Source: Octopus sinensis (lineage: Eukaryota). Taken from it: a DNA stretch of 64,000 bases. Made by a program: the position numbers and the translations under genes. Below, piece after piece: positions 1-13,010 of the stretch. The first letter of the stretch is position 1; every line of letters starts with the position of its first letter. The stretch is taken from positions 203,608,001 to 203,672,000 of the forward strand of contig NC_042998.1 of the NCBI RefSeq assembly GCF_006345805.1, written 5' to 3'. The notes under the pieces were generated by a model. That model was given only the letters and a program-made list of their open reading frames with translations. It had not been told where the DNA came from and did not search any database.

Positions 1-344
1 ATCCGAATCAACGGAACAGCCTGCTCGTGAAATTAACGTGTAAGTGGGTGAGCACTCCACAGACACGTGTACCCTTAACGTAGTTCTCGGGGATATTCAG
101 CGTGACACAGAGAGTGACAAGGCCGGCCCTTTTGAAATACAGGTACAACAAAAACAGGAAGTAAGAGTGAGAGAAAGTTGTGGTGAAAGAGTACAGCAGG
201 GATCACCACCACCCCCTGCCGAAGCCTCGTGGAGCTTTTAGGTGTTTTCGCTCAATAAACACTCACAATGCCCGGTCTGGGAATCGAAACCGCGATCCTA
301 TGACCGCGAGTCCGCTACCCTAACCACTGGGCCATTGCGCCTCC
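1..344 (-). mobile_element. tRNA-derived SINE family D (also 9169-9456 +, 51529-51905 +, degenerate ~18690-18930 -)
   Basis: Head GGAGGCGCAATGGCCCAGTGG (A box) ... GGTTTCGATTCCC (B box); shared body with the other copies. Confidence 0.85.
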
Positions 345-2839
345 ACCATTATATTTACCTGAAGTTCAGCAGTCAATAATTTTTCTTTGCAGCAACTTTG
401 TGGTGTGTGTGTGTGTGTGTGCTAACTGCATGAACTGCCCAAAATGTTACATATTTTCACTCTTTCCTTGTAGCCTCATCAACATACCAATCTTTTAGAG
501 AACACCACATGCATATATACATACATAGACACACATGCACATGTAAACATACACACACACACACCCATATTTATGAATCTAGAATGCAGTCAGCCCTCAC
601 TCACGAGCAGTTAGGACCTGGCAGCATTACCGTGTTTCACTTATTAGTTTCAGTGGCCATGTTTTTGAGGGCAGACAGGGATCCCCTTCTTGGTCCTCTC
701 ATCCTTGACCCAGGGGAAAATTAAGGATGTGGAGAAGGAAAGGGCTGCACTAGCAGTCATTCAGCTGAGTTAGCTGGAGTGATGTGGAGTGAAGTGCCTT
801 GCTCAAGCACACAACACACAATCTAGGCCAGGAATTAAATGCACATTTTTGTGCTCCTGAGCCAAATACTGCAAATGCTAGGCCACATGCGTTCACTGTG
901 CACGCTTGCCTAGGGCTATAATGATTCAAATGTTATATATTTCAACATGCAAACACACACATGTGGCCAAGTGTATATAAATGTATGTAGAGAGGAGTAA
1001 ACAAAGGTGCAGGAGTGGCTGTGTGGTAAGTAGCTTGCTTACCAACCACATGGTTCCGAGTTCAGTCCCACTGCGTGGCACCTTGGGCAAGTGTCTTCTA
1101 CCATAGCCTTGGGCCGACCAAAGCCTTGTGAGTGGATTTGGAAGACGGAAACTGAAAGAAGCCCATCATGTGTATGTGTATATTTATTCTTTTATTAGTT
1201 TCAGTTATTTGACTGTGGTCATGCTGGAGCACCGTTTTTAGTTAAATATATTGACCCCAGGACTTATTCTTTGTAAGCCAAGTACTTATTCTGTCAGTCT
1301 TTTTGCCAAACTGCTAAGTTATGGGATGTAAACACACCAACATCAGTTGTGAAGTGATGGTGGGGGGAAAAACGCAGACATACAAACACACACACACACA
1401 CACACACACATATTCATACGACAGACTTCTTTCAGTTTCCGTCTACCAAATCCACTCATGAGGCTTTGGTCAGCCTGAGGCTATAGTAGAAAACACTCAG
1501 TGAGACATGGTACCACTCAGTGAGACTGAACCTGGAACCATGGGGTTTGGAAGTGAGCTTCTTACCACACAGCCACATATATCATCATCATCATTGTCGT
1601 TTAACATCTGCTTTCCATGCTGGCATGGGTTGGACTGTTTGACTGAGGGCTGGAAAACCAGGAGGTTGCACTAGGCTCCAGTCTGATCTGGCAGAGTTTC
1701 TACTGCTGGATGCCCTTCCTAACGCCAACCATTCTGAGAGTGGTTAATATAAACCCCATGGCAGTGTATTTCTGCACATCATCATCATTCGATGTCTATT
1801 TTCTATGCTGGCATGGGTTGGATGGTTTGACAGGGGCTGTCCAAACTCCAACTGTCTGTTGTGACATGGTTTCTACAGTTGGATGCCCTTCCTAATTGGA
1901 TATTGCCAGACCCCAGTCGAACTGTCCAACCCATGCTGGCATGGAAAACGGACGTTAAACGATGATTATGAAGAGGCAAGGATGAAAGTATATCAGAACA
2001 ATCCGGCTGAATGTGAAAGGGCTGGCAACTGACAAGATGAGGCAATCATGATGTTTCTATGCATGTATGTATGTGTACACATGAATGTATGCACGTATGT
2101 ATATGGGTACATATGAATGTATGTGTATATATTCACACACACGCACACATACAGACACACACATTGTTGTAGGTGTACAAAAATGTAGCTGCAGTTATTT
2201 ACTTTGTATGTGTATGTGCACGTGTGGCTCTACAAATATGTGTATGTTATACGGCATACCTCTATATATAGAAAGATGCCGTATAATTGCACAAAGCCAC
2301 AGAGGCACAGCCACACATGTACTATTAATATCATTGCACTGTTGTACAACTATTGTGCCACATGCACAAACTTTGGTGGCCACACACATACACACACGTA
2401 GCCACACAAACACACATACACACACATATATACTGTACATGCAAACACATGCACCTCACTCATACACACACACACACAAAGTGCATTTGTTTGCATGCAT
2501 GCACACATGGTAGCATTCTTTCTAAAGAGGGCCTGGCACTTTGCCAATAGCTCCTGCAAATAGAATTTTTGGGGTTCTTCTTAATAAAAGCTAGTTCCAG
2601 TAGCTTATCTAACAACACAAATCTCACAAACACCCCTGTTATTCAAGATATTCCATTCCTTCATCGTGTTTTCGTGCGAATAAGGGGAGAGAGGGATGCT
2701 TTTCATTTCGTTGTTTTTCTTTTGTGTGTCACTGCTTTCTTTTTATCATTTTTATCGAATTCTATTATTTGTGTGTGAGCATATGGATAATACCATACCA
2801 AATTCTGGTACCTCATCTTAAGTACCATATTCATCTGAA

Positions 2840-2882
<43 letters not shown>

Positions 2883-2919
2883 ATAATATCAGGGTAAGAA
2901 AAATTTTAGAAATTTTTAC

Positions 2920-3397
2920 TACCAGTGGCCTAGCAGGTATAAAAATTAGTCAATAGACTATATATTATTCATATACACAGTGTACATTTAAAAACATAAG
3001 AGGTATCCATCATGGGGTACCTGGCATGCTAGAAGGAACAGCCAAAATCCAAACCACTATTAGGAATAAATTTTGAAGGGAATGAAAAACAAAAACATTT
3101 ATCATCTATCTCCTGGGCCATGGTTTCTGACCTTATATTATGTTATATATAGCAAATAGAATAATTATTTTATTTGTTAATATAAAGTCAGAAACCGTGG
3201 TCCAGGGGATGGATGGTAAATGTTTTTGTTTTTCATTCCCTTCGAAATTTATTCCTAATAGTGGTTTGATTTTGGCTGTTCCTTCTAGCATGCCAGGTGT
3301 CCCACGACGGATACCTCTTATGTGTTTAAATATACACTGTGTATATGAATAATATATAGTCTATTGGCTAATTTTTCTACATACTAGGCCACTGGTA
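2920..3397. repeat. Long fold-back palindrome (arms 2920-3140 and 3178-3397)
   Basis: ~220-bp arms are near-perfect reverse complements, starting TACCAGTGGCCTAG and ending CTAGGCCACTGGTA; 37-bp spacer. Confidence 0.9.
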
Positions 3398-3818
3398 CTC
3401 TTTTACTTGTTTCAGTCTTTTGACTGCGGCCATGCTGGAGCACCGCATTTAATCGAGCAACTCAACCCCGGGACTTATTCTTTTGTAAGCCCAGTACTTA
3501 TTCTATCGGTCTCTTTTGCCAAACTGCTAAGTAACGGGGACATAAACACACCAGCATCGGTTGTCAAGCAATGCTAAGGGGACAAACATACACGCACATA
3601 TATATATATACATATATACGACAGGCGTCTTTCAGTTTCCGTCTACCAAATCCACTCACAAGGTTTTGGTCGGCCCGAGGCTATAATAGAAGACACTTAC
3701 CCAAGGTGCCATACAGTGGGACTGAACCCGGAACCATGTGGTTGGTAAACAAGCTACTTACCACACAGCCACTCCCGCGCCTAGTAGTAAAAATTCTAAA
3801 ATTTGTTTACCCTGATAT

Positions 3819-3867
<49 letters not shown>

Positions 3868-4038
3868 ATATATACATATATATATGTGTGTGTGTGTGTA
3901 TAATTGAGCAGGTGTGGGTGTGTGGTAAGAAGTTCGTTTCCCAACCTCATGGTTTCAGGTTCATTTCATGCCACTTGCCTTGGGCTGACTGAAGCCTTTT
4001 GAGTGGATTTGGTTGATGGAAACTGAAAGAAACCCATC

Positions 4039-4082
<44 letters not shown>

Positions 4083-4371
4083 CTTGATCACAATTGTCTG
4101 ACGAATGGAAACGTAAAACTCTGAGTAGCAGTTTTTGTGATGGTTTTGCAGCTTTAATAAAAAAGCATACTACTCTACCTTAGGTATTCGAATACTATTT
4201 TTTTCCCACTTTGTGATTACTCATGTATGTGTGCATACATACATACATATACACACACACACACTATATATATATATATTATATATATATATAAGGATAA
4301 GATCATTATTTTGAATAGTGGCCAAATCTAGCGTCAGCATGGGAAGGGAAAAACCTTAAAGGTTATAATAA

Positions 4372-4603
4372 TTATTAAAACTATAAATAAGGGTATCTAA
4401 GAGACACCACCAAGCTTGAAATAGCAGTTAAAACCCAGAAATCCCGGGTCTGGAATTATCCAATTTTTACTAGTTTCTTTATTTGTCTTTTGTCTTTTTA
4501 CTTTGTGCTGTATTGAAGACTTGATGTGGTTTTATAGTCAGGTTTTGACTGCTATTTCAAGCATGAAGGTATCTCTTAGATACCCTTGTTTATAAGTTTA
4601 ATA
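4372..4603. repeat. Inverted repeat element (~60-bp arms)
   Basis: AAGGGTATCTAAGAGA...CTTGAAATAGCAGT mirrored by ACTGCTATTTCAAG...TCTCTTAGATACCCTT. Confidence 0.75.
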
Positions 4604-5895
4604 TATAACCATGTCTATGTATGTATGTATGTATTTGCGAGTCTGTGTTTGCCTTTGTCTCCCATCAACACTTGACAACTGATATCGGTTTGTTTACATC
4701 CCTGTAACTTGACAATTCAGTAAAAAAAAAAAAAAAAAGAGACTGATAAAATAAGTTTCAGGCTTAAAAAAAAAAAAAAAAGTCCTGGGGTCGATTTGTT
4801 CAACAAAAAAGTTTTCATGGTCGTGCCCCAGTATGGCCACAGTTTAATGACTGAAACAAGTAAAAGATAAAAGAGTTATGCATGCATAAGAATGTGTGTA
4901 TACACCTGTATGTGTATGCAGGCAATTAGACACCTGTACAGATGCCTGTGTTTGTTGTGTGTGCACTGTGTTGTGTTGTGTTTGTCTTGCATTGCGTTGT
5001 GTAGCGTTTGTGTTGCGTTATATTTGTATTCAGTTTGTGTTTGTATTGTTCGTGTGGTGTTTGTGTTGTTGTGTTTCATTGTGTTTGTGTTGTGTTGTGT
5101 AGTATTCAAACTTTGAGCATGTGGTACAACAGACATAAAACAATGCAATCATCATCATCGTTTAAGTCCGTTCTCCATGCTAGCATGGGTTGGACGGTTC
5201 GACCGGGGATCTGGGAAGCCAGAAGGCTGCACCAGGCTCCAGTCTTATCTGGCAATGTTTCTACAGCTGGATGCCCTTCCTAACGCCAACCACTCCGTGA
5301 GTGTAGTGGGTGCTTTTTACATGCCACCTGCACAGGTGCCAGGCGAGGCTGGCAGCGGCCACGGTCGGATTGGTACATTTTATGTGCCACCGGATCGGAA
5401 GCCAGTCGAGGCGGCACTGGCATCGGCCACGTTCGGATGGTGCTTTTTACATGCCATTTTTACGTGCCACTGGCACGGAAGCCAATTGAGGTGGCACTGG
5501 CATCAGCCACGATTCGAATAGTGCTTTTTACGTACCACCAGTCCAGGGGTCCTGGCATCTGCCAGGTGCCATTCATAGGATTGGTTCAAGTCATAGGATT
5601 GGTAGTAATAAATCTGTATATTTGTGCCCAAGTGAAGTGAACTGTATGTATGTATGTATACAAATTCTATATATAGATGCAAGCTATATACATACATATA
5701 CATATGCACACTCACATATGCATGCATGTATATTTTACAACACACACACACGTACATTATGTGTGTGTGTGTGTGTGTGTGTGTATACACAAAAAGTACA
5801 ATGACTATGAATTTAAGTATTTTCAAAATACTGAAAAACAACTTAAGGGAACTTCAGATTCTTCTGTGGCCTTTGTGTTTATGAACACAATGTAT

Positions 5896-6740
5896 ATAAT
5901 AATAATAATCATAATGATAATCATAATAATCATAATGATAATCATAATAATAATAATAATAATCATAATCATAATGATAATAATAATAATAATAATCATA
6001 ATGATAATCATAATGATAATCATAATGATAATAATAATGATAATAATAATAATGATAATCATAATGATAATAATAATAGCAATAATAATAATGATAATTA
6101 ATAATAATAATAATAATCATAATGATAATAATGATAATCATAATGATAATAATAATAATGATAATCATAATGATAATAATAATAGCAATAATAATAATGA
6201 TAATTAATAATAATAATAATAATCATAATGATAATAATAATAATAATAATGACAATTAATTTATTAATGATAATTAATAATAATAATAGTAATAATAATA
6301 ATAATAATAATGATAATCATAATGATAATAATAATAGTAATAATAATAATAGTAATAATAATAATGATAATTAATAATAATGATAATCATAATGATAATA
6401 ATAATAGCAATAATAATAATGATAATTAATAATAATAATAATAATAATCATAATAATAATAATAATAATGATAATCATAATGATAATCATAATGATAATA
6501 ATAATGATAATAATAATAATGATAATAATAATAATGATAATCATAATAGCAATAATAATAATGATAATTAATAATAATAATAACAATCATAATGATAATA
6601 ATAATAATAATAATAATAATGATAATTAATTTATTAATGATAATTTATAATAATAATAGTAATAATAATAATAATAATAATCATAATCATAATGATAATA
6701 ATAATAGTAATAATAATAATGATAATTAATAATAATAGTA
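5896..6740. repeat. Compound (AAT/GAT/CAT)n trinucleotide array with higher-order duplication
   Basis: Direct reading; recurrent landmarks AATAGCAAT and ATTAATTTATTAAT. Confidence 0.95.
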
Positions 6741-6856
6741 ATACTGTTTTAGTCTGCCTGGCTGGCAACACTTTAAACTTTTACTTCATGGTTGAATGGT
6801 TATCAGAAAGTTGAATATAATCAGCCTACAATATGTAAAAAGCATTTGCCATGCTG

Positions 6857-6891
<35 letters not shown>

Positions 6892-7619
6892 TGTGTGTGT
6901 GTGTGTGTGTGTGTTATGATACAAGAAGATGGAATGAACGGGCTTTAATCCATATCCCAACAAGTGTTTCTGTGCATTAACATCAGCTGTTAATTGCTGA
7001 GTGTTTCATGTGCTGCACCTGAGCACTGTATACAATAATTTCATTATTATTTTTATGTATATATATTCTTTTTTATTCTAGGCACAAGGCCCGAAATTTT
7101 GGGGGAGGGGATGGGGGCAGTCGATTGGATCAACACCAGTACGCAACTGGTACTTAATTTATCGACCCCCAAAAGGATGAAAAGCAAGGTATGAACTCGG
7201 AACGTAAAGTCAGACGAAATACTGCTAAGCATTTCATCCAGCATGCTAACAATTCTGCCGGCCACCTTGTTTCACAAACATATCTTTATATAAATGCCAT
7301 CCAGCAATGGCCATCGTGTACTTGCACCTGATTAGCTGAGGAAGTTTTGTATGAATTCTGTGTACACCAATAGAATAAGGCTGATAGAATAAGTACTAGG
7401 CTTACAAAGAATAAGTCCTCGGGTCGATTTGCTCGACTAAAGGTGGTGCTCCGCATTGGCCACAGTCAAAATGACTGAAACATAAAAGAATATATATACA
7501 CAGACTCATGAGTGAGTGGACAAGCAAAAGAAAAAGGCACTCAACATATTTAGCACAAACTACCTTTTTTGTTTTTATAAGTTTCAGTCCAAGAACTGTG
7601 GCCATGCTGGGGCAGCAGC

Positions 7620-7930
7620 ATTTACTTTACCCAGACTTTCACTAAACCACTTCTGATGTGTGGCATTCGGCAGACGAGGGAGTTTGACATTGCTGACCTC
7701 ATTTGTGTTTCTTGCCTTGAGGTTGGTCCATCCAGAACTCTTGACAGAAGGAGATTCAGTTTTGTTTTGAAAAGGCCTACATGCATGCCATGCAGGTCCC
7801 TCAGGCTTTGTGGGAGGATACTGAAGAGCTGTGGGCCCTTGAAGCCCAAGCTGTTGAAGTATCTGGTTCTGTATCCTGGTGGCAATGTTGGGGTTATTGG
7901 TGCCGTGCAGTGATGCCCCGTCCTGCTCTT
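7620..7930 (-). mobile_element. Non-LTR retrotransposon 3' coding fragment (CR1-group-like)
   Basis: SLGFKGPQLFSILPQSLRDL...FKTKLNLLLSRV...SNSL resembles LINE ORF2 C-termini. Confidence 0.6.
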
Positions 7931-8059
7931 TATGTAGCTGACAATGCCAAAGTTTTCTTTTTAGGATTTCCAGATATATATTACTGTATCTCTTTTCTGC
8001 CTTTGCTTCAGGTAGTTGTGTCTTAGCTCTTTCAGTCTCTCCTAGTAGCAGATATATAG

Positions 8060-8680
8060 TAATAATAATAATGAAATTATTGTATACAGTGCTCAGGTGC
8101 ACCACAACTTGTCAAAAAGTGCGTATAAAGCATATGCAGTGATGTAAAAATGTCTGGGAAGTCAACAGTGTATGAGTCAGATACATGCTTGCTTGTGTGT
8201 ATGGAGGGGAGAAAATCAGGTGTAGTGTTGGCGAATCTCAGGAAGCATGGAAGTTTTGAAGGATGCAGTGCTCCGACAACCAACAACTGATGCCGGCAGT
8301 TTGTTCCATGCTTCAGCAACTTTTAACGTGAAAAAATGTTTCTGAAAGTCATGGAAGGAGCTGTGCTGTTTTCTGACTTCGTAAACATGTCCACGGGTGT
8401 TAGACAGGTGGAGTTTGAAAAGGTGCTCAGAGTTATTGTTTTTAAGATGGTTAATAATCTTATGGGTGTCTGCCAAGTCAGCTGCCAGACGTTGGAGTTT
8501 CAATGTATCCATGCCTAGGGAAGAAGTAAGGCGTTCAGAATATGGAAAATGCCTGATGGAGGGTATTCTCTTGGTTGCACGTTGCTGAACGGCTTCCAGA
8601 CGATTAATGTGTTGCATTGTGTCGACCTTTGTGTAGCTTCACTGGATCACCTCAAGTTCCGTTGCTAATTTCACACTGTT
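8060..8680 (-). mobile_element. CR1-type LINE 3' end
   Basis: LEAVQQRATKRIP...YSERL...TRGH...FFTLKVAEAWNKLPASVV followed by a 3' UTR and an (ATT)n tail. Confidence 0.85.
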
Positions 8681-8886
8681 TGGTGACCCCAGTTGGGATT
8701 ATTGATTATTTAAAATACCTTGATTTAGCTCCATGTGACTTTGTTTCAGAGCCTTCTTAGAAAAACTTAACTCATTCAGGCTCGGATAATGGATTAACTG
8801 AACTTGAATGAGCTAAGGTTCTGCAAGAAGCCTGCAAAACTTAAGTCACAGGACCTGAACCAAACTGTTTTAAAACATAATAAATA

Positions 8887-9107
8887 CAGGGTGGCCCAAA
8901 AGTGGGTTTACAGTTATTCAACTATCTCTTTCGCATTCATATATTAAGTTTAAATCTTGACAATAAAAAAGATATGATATAAAAAAAACCCATTATTCTA
9001 GTATAATTTAGTTAATTGTAAGATAGAAATTTAAATGTAATAAAATGTTTTGAAAGAAATTTAAAGTGCCTACGTGATAACTGTAAACCTACCTTTGGGC
9101 AACCCTG
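8887..9107. mobile_element. Tc1/mariner-type MITE
   Basis: TA-flanked imperfect TIRs CAGGGTGGCCCAAAAGTGGGTTTACAGTT / AACTGTAAACCTACCTTTGGGCAACCCTG around an AT-rich interior. Confidence 0.8.
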
Positions 9108-9504
9108 TATATTCTGATGATGATGTATTTTATATGCTTAATATATATATGTATATATTACATATGTAGAGGCGCAATGGCCCAGTGTTTAGGGCAGCGG
9201 ACTCACAGTTGTAGGATCGCAGTTTCGATTCCCAGACTGAGCATTGCGAGTGTTTATAGAGCGAAAACACCTAAAGCTCCACGTGGCTCCAGCAGGGGGT
9301 GGTAGCAATCCCTGCTGTACCCTTTCGCCAACAACTTTCTTTCACTCTTTCTTCTGTTGGCCTGCTCGCTTAGCCAGCGGGGTGGTGTCATTTGAAGGCT
9401 AAAACAATGTGAAGCACATTGTGACCAGCGATGTGTAGCAACATCTGATAGCCTGGTCGGTCACGGTGATATTACATGTATTCTTTTTCTTGTTATCATT
9501 TCAG

Positions 9505-9603
9505 GAGGCCATGAGGTTAGCGTTAAAACATAGTGACCGCTTACTGCAGGGAAAATGCCTCATCACATTTGCCAAGATACACAATAGCAACAATGATATA
9601 GAT
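9505..9603 (+). CDS. RAPSN: Rapsyn internal exon (TPR region), EAMRLALKHSDRLLQGKCLITFAKIHNSNNDID; upstream exons not found in the window
   Basis: Pyrimidine-rich acceptor ttatcatttcag, donor gtgagt, 99 nt phase 0/0. Aligns by eye to human rapsyn [33 protein letters not shown]. Confidence 0.92.
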
Positions 9604-9644
9604 GTGAGTAACGTCTTTCTTTCTCATCATTTTGATCACTTTAA

Positions 9645-9882
9645 CCCTTTTGTTACCATATTTCTTTTGGAAAACACATTACTTTTATTTTGTGTCAATT
9701 TTGGAAGTAACAAAAAATTTCGTAATTTTGTCATAATCCAGCTGGTATTAGCATAAATTAACTTGGAATTTTGATGGAGGCATTTTGTTTAGATAATTTT
9801 AAAACCTAAAATTGATATCATGGAATGAGGTGGTGGTGGTGGTGTGTGGGAGACTCACTCAGGCTGGTTGGTATCAAAAGGG
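9645..9882. mobile_element. piggyBac-type MITE
   Basis: TTAA flanks and CCCTTTTG...CAAAAGGG termini. Confidence 0.7.
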
Positions 9883-10450
9883 TTAAAGACTCATATATAA
9901 TCAATCATAATCATTACTCATCGCCATCATCGTTTAACGTCCACTTTCCATGCTGCTATGGGTTGGATGATTTTGACTGAGCGTTGGCGAACCAGACAAC
10001 CGCACCAGGCTCCAATCTTGATCTGGCAGAGTTTCTACAGCTGGATGCCCTCCCTAATGCCAACCACTCCGTGAGTGTAGTGGGTGCTTTTCTGTTACTT
10101 GTATCAGTCATTTAACTGCAGCCATGCTGGAGCACTGCCTTAAAGGGTGTTTTAGTTAAAGAAATTGACATCATGACTTATTACTGTACTTGGGAAAACC
10201 TGCCTCCCACAACAGAATTGGGATCCTAAAACCATGGTACCGTGTAAAAAGCATTGGTGTGGGTGATGATGCCACATAAAAAGCACCCAGTACACTCTGT
10301 GGAGTGGTTGACATTAAGAAGGGCATCCAACCATAGAAACCAAACCAAAACAGGCTATGGAAGCTGGTGTATTTGCCAGTTCCTGTCAAGCCATTCAATG
10401 TATTTCTAGGGTTGTATGTAGAAGTAATAAGCAACACTTGTGAACATTAA

Positions 10451-10674
10451 CCCTTTCGTTACCAACCCGGCAGAAACCAGCTCTGGCTCTGTAATACAAA
10501 TGTTTTGTTTTTTTAAAGTTTTGAATTAAAATCTTCAACCAAACCTTAGTCACAATTTATGTCCCTAACACTAGCTGAATGATAACCAAGTTGTTTTACT
10601 AAATTCTTTGTTATATTTAAAGTAAATTGAAAGAAAACACAGAGCATCTGAACAGAAATACAGTGACGAAAGGG
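10451..10674. mobile_element. piggyBac-type MITE; related copies at ~23750-23954 and 23986-24207
   Basis: TTAA flanks, CCCTTTCGT...ACGAAAGGG termini, shared interior (ctctggctctgtaatacaaatg). Confidence 0.75.
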
Positions 10675-11116
10675 TTAACAGAGAATTTCTTTACTGCAGA
10701 TGGTGTTTTCTGTGTTGTTCCTTTATCAGAAACTGTGACAATTGCACAACAGGAGAGAGAGACATACTGTTGGGATCTACGACAATTTAACTGATATAGC
10801 AATCCACGGCTGGCCCATCACAACTGGGAAATAGCTGCAATATATTTGTGGTGACAAAATCTGTGTCTTCTCTCTGCTATTGGCTGGTGGTGGATGAGAC
10901 TGGAGACATCAAGTGGTTATCTCAACATTCTGGGATTACCACTAAAAGGCACCTTTATATGGGGCTCAATGAGAAAGTCTCAGAAAATCAAATCACTTGA
11001 TAGCTTGATGCTGATTGGTCGGTTAATTGGCCGATCACATGAAACTGCTGTGGCTTAGTCGTGATACCTACTTGGCTACATAGTGATTCAGTTTCAAATC
11101 CACTACAACCCTATCA

Positions 11117-11489
11117 TCTCTCTCTATATAAAGCTGAAGTTGTCTGTGTGTGGCAGGTTTGGTAGCCTTCAACTAACACTATCTCCTCCGAGACCCTGCG
11201 GCGCAAGTTGACCAAAATTGAGAGTATGATAGAAGGCTTGCTCTTCCTTCAAATCGGACCATGTTAACACCAAAAATTATTTACATGAAAAAGGTGCTTA
11301 TTTTTCTATGAAAATCCCTATTTTTTACGATTTTTTGACTGCTGTGTCGCCATTTTTCGGTGTATTTCAACCAGAAAAATGTTCACTTAAAGAGAATAAC
11401 AAGCTACATAATGCAAAATTTTTACTTTTCAAAAATTCCAATTCTAAAGGGTCGAAACAAACCTGAGCAACGTTGGGTGATACTGCTAG
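11117..11489 (+). mobile_element. Non-autonomous Helitron
   Basis: A|TC start, subterminal CCTGAGCAACGTTGGG hairpin remnant, CTAG|T end, no TSD. Confidence 0.65.
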
Positions 11490-11599
11490 TCTTAAATAAA
11501 GGAAGGACACATTAGATAATATAGTCTTAGAGTCATAGACTTCATTCATTGACTGTTGTAAATTCTTGTTCTGTTTATTTTATTTTTTTTTTCGTTTAG

Positions 11600-11722
11600 C
11601 GTTCAGTACCTCGGTTTGAATGTGCTTTATCTATTCTGTCTGAAATTGGATTTCGGTCAGGAGAAGCAGAAGCATTTCAAGGATTGGCAGACACAGCAGC
11701 ATCTCAAAGAAATTTCCGTTCA
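11600..11722 (+). CDS. RAPSN: Rapsyn exon, RSVPRFECALSILSEIGFRSGEAEAFQGLADTAASQRNFRS
   Basis: Acceptor ttttttcgtttag, donor gtgagt, 123 nt phase 0/0. Matches human [41 protein letters not shown]. Confidence 0.92.
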
Positions 11723-12319
11723 GTGAGTTTTTATTTATTTATTTATATATCTGTTTTAACAGCATTTTTTTTTATTTTTATAAAATTTCTTCTGCATCAA
11801 ATTCTTCAATATTGCCAAATATTATGGAAGCCAACAAATATTAAAAAAAATGCCAGCGTAAAAGCCAGAAAATCCTAAAAGTATTATTTATGAATGATTA
11901 ACAGTTATTGGTACCAGTGTGGTTGTGTGATTAAGAAGTCTGCTTCCCAACCACATGGCTCTGGGTTCAATCCCACCGCATGGCACTTTGGGCAAGTGTC
12001 TTCCACTGTAGCTTGAAGCCAACTAAAGCCTTGAGTGGATTTGGTCAATGGAAACTGAAACGAAGTCCAAAACACACACACACACACACACACATTTTGT
12101 ACCTGTTTCAGTCATTAGATTATGGCCATGCTGGGGCACGACCTTGAATTTTTCAGTCAAATGAGTCTCCCTCAGTACTTACAGAAAGCCTGGTACATAC
12201 AGAAAGTAACCTTTTACCTGTGGCAGATGTGCAGGTACATTAATAGACCCTCTCTATGTACAAAAAATAGACCCTCTCATATGCCAGGGAGAATCCTTAA
12301 AAGTAGGAGACAGTTTCCG

Positions 12320-13010
12320 TCATTTGGTTGACCAAGTTAGTAGTGGAGGTGCTAGAATATGAATAGGCTGGGCGATGTTCAGAGAGTTATAAACCCTGTT
12401 AGTAGCAAAGGGCTTCTCCTTCAGAGTCGAAGGTAGATTGTATGATACCTGTGTACGAACAGCCCATGATGATAGACAGATAAATTTTGGCCAGTATTGG
12501 CCCAGGTGACATTTAGCATAATAGCACCACCTGGAAAAGACCAGATGTTTCATATTAGTCGTTCTTTGGCCACCATAGTCCATTCAAGAAAAGAGTTATT
12601 ATCTGCTGAGGTATATCCAGGTGTTCGTGGTTTATCAGGAATTACAACCGTGTTTCGTGGTCTGCTACCACAACAGCTCCTTTATAGGATCCAGTTAGCT
12701 CAAGACATCATCAGGAGGAACCACATCCGGTTTCGGCCCCTACTCTTCTACTGTTTTGACGTGGCGGGGACCCCTTTTCGGAGGTGTCTTCAGCTTTGGT
12801 GTTGGGTGCATGTCTTCTTTCTTCTGTTCCCTGGCCTCTTTGATGTATCGTCAATGAGTGTCAACGGGCGACTGACTGTCTTGTCAAATTTTTTTCCCTT
12901 TAAATACCTGCTGCTAGGCTCCAGCAGACAGCCTCGGCAAGTTGTCACGTGACACTGTCTCAACTTTAACTGACCAATGAGGGCGCATAGTCTTAGCCCA
13001 CGCATTCTCA
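12320..13010 (-). mobile_element. Possible degenerate LINE fragment (start of AP endonuclease)
   Basis: W-x-x-G-like start and QYWPKFICL resemble WNCRG...PDVICLQET; heavily decayed. Confidence 0.35.

Noticed and set aside
250-344. tRNA-like A and B boxes at SINE heads
   Set aside because: No complete cloverleaf, and each continues into a repeated SINE body, so they are not called tRNA genes.
1-9500. Search for upstream rapsyn exons
   Set aside because: No splice-bounded segment resembling the N-terminal TPRs was found by eye; they probably lie upstream of the window.
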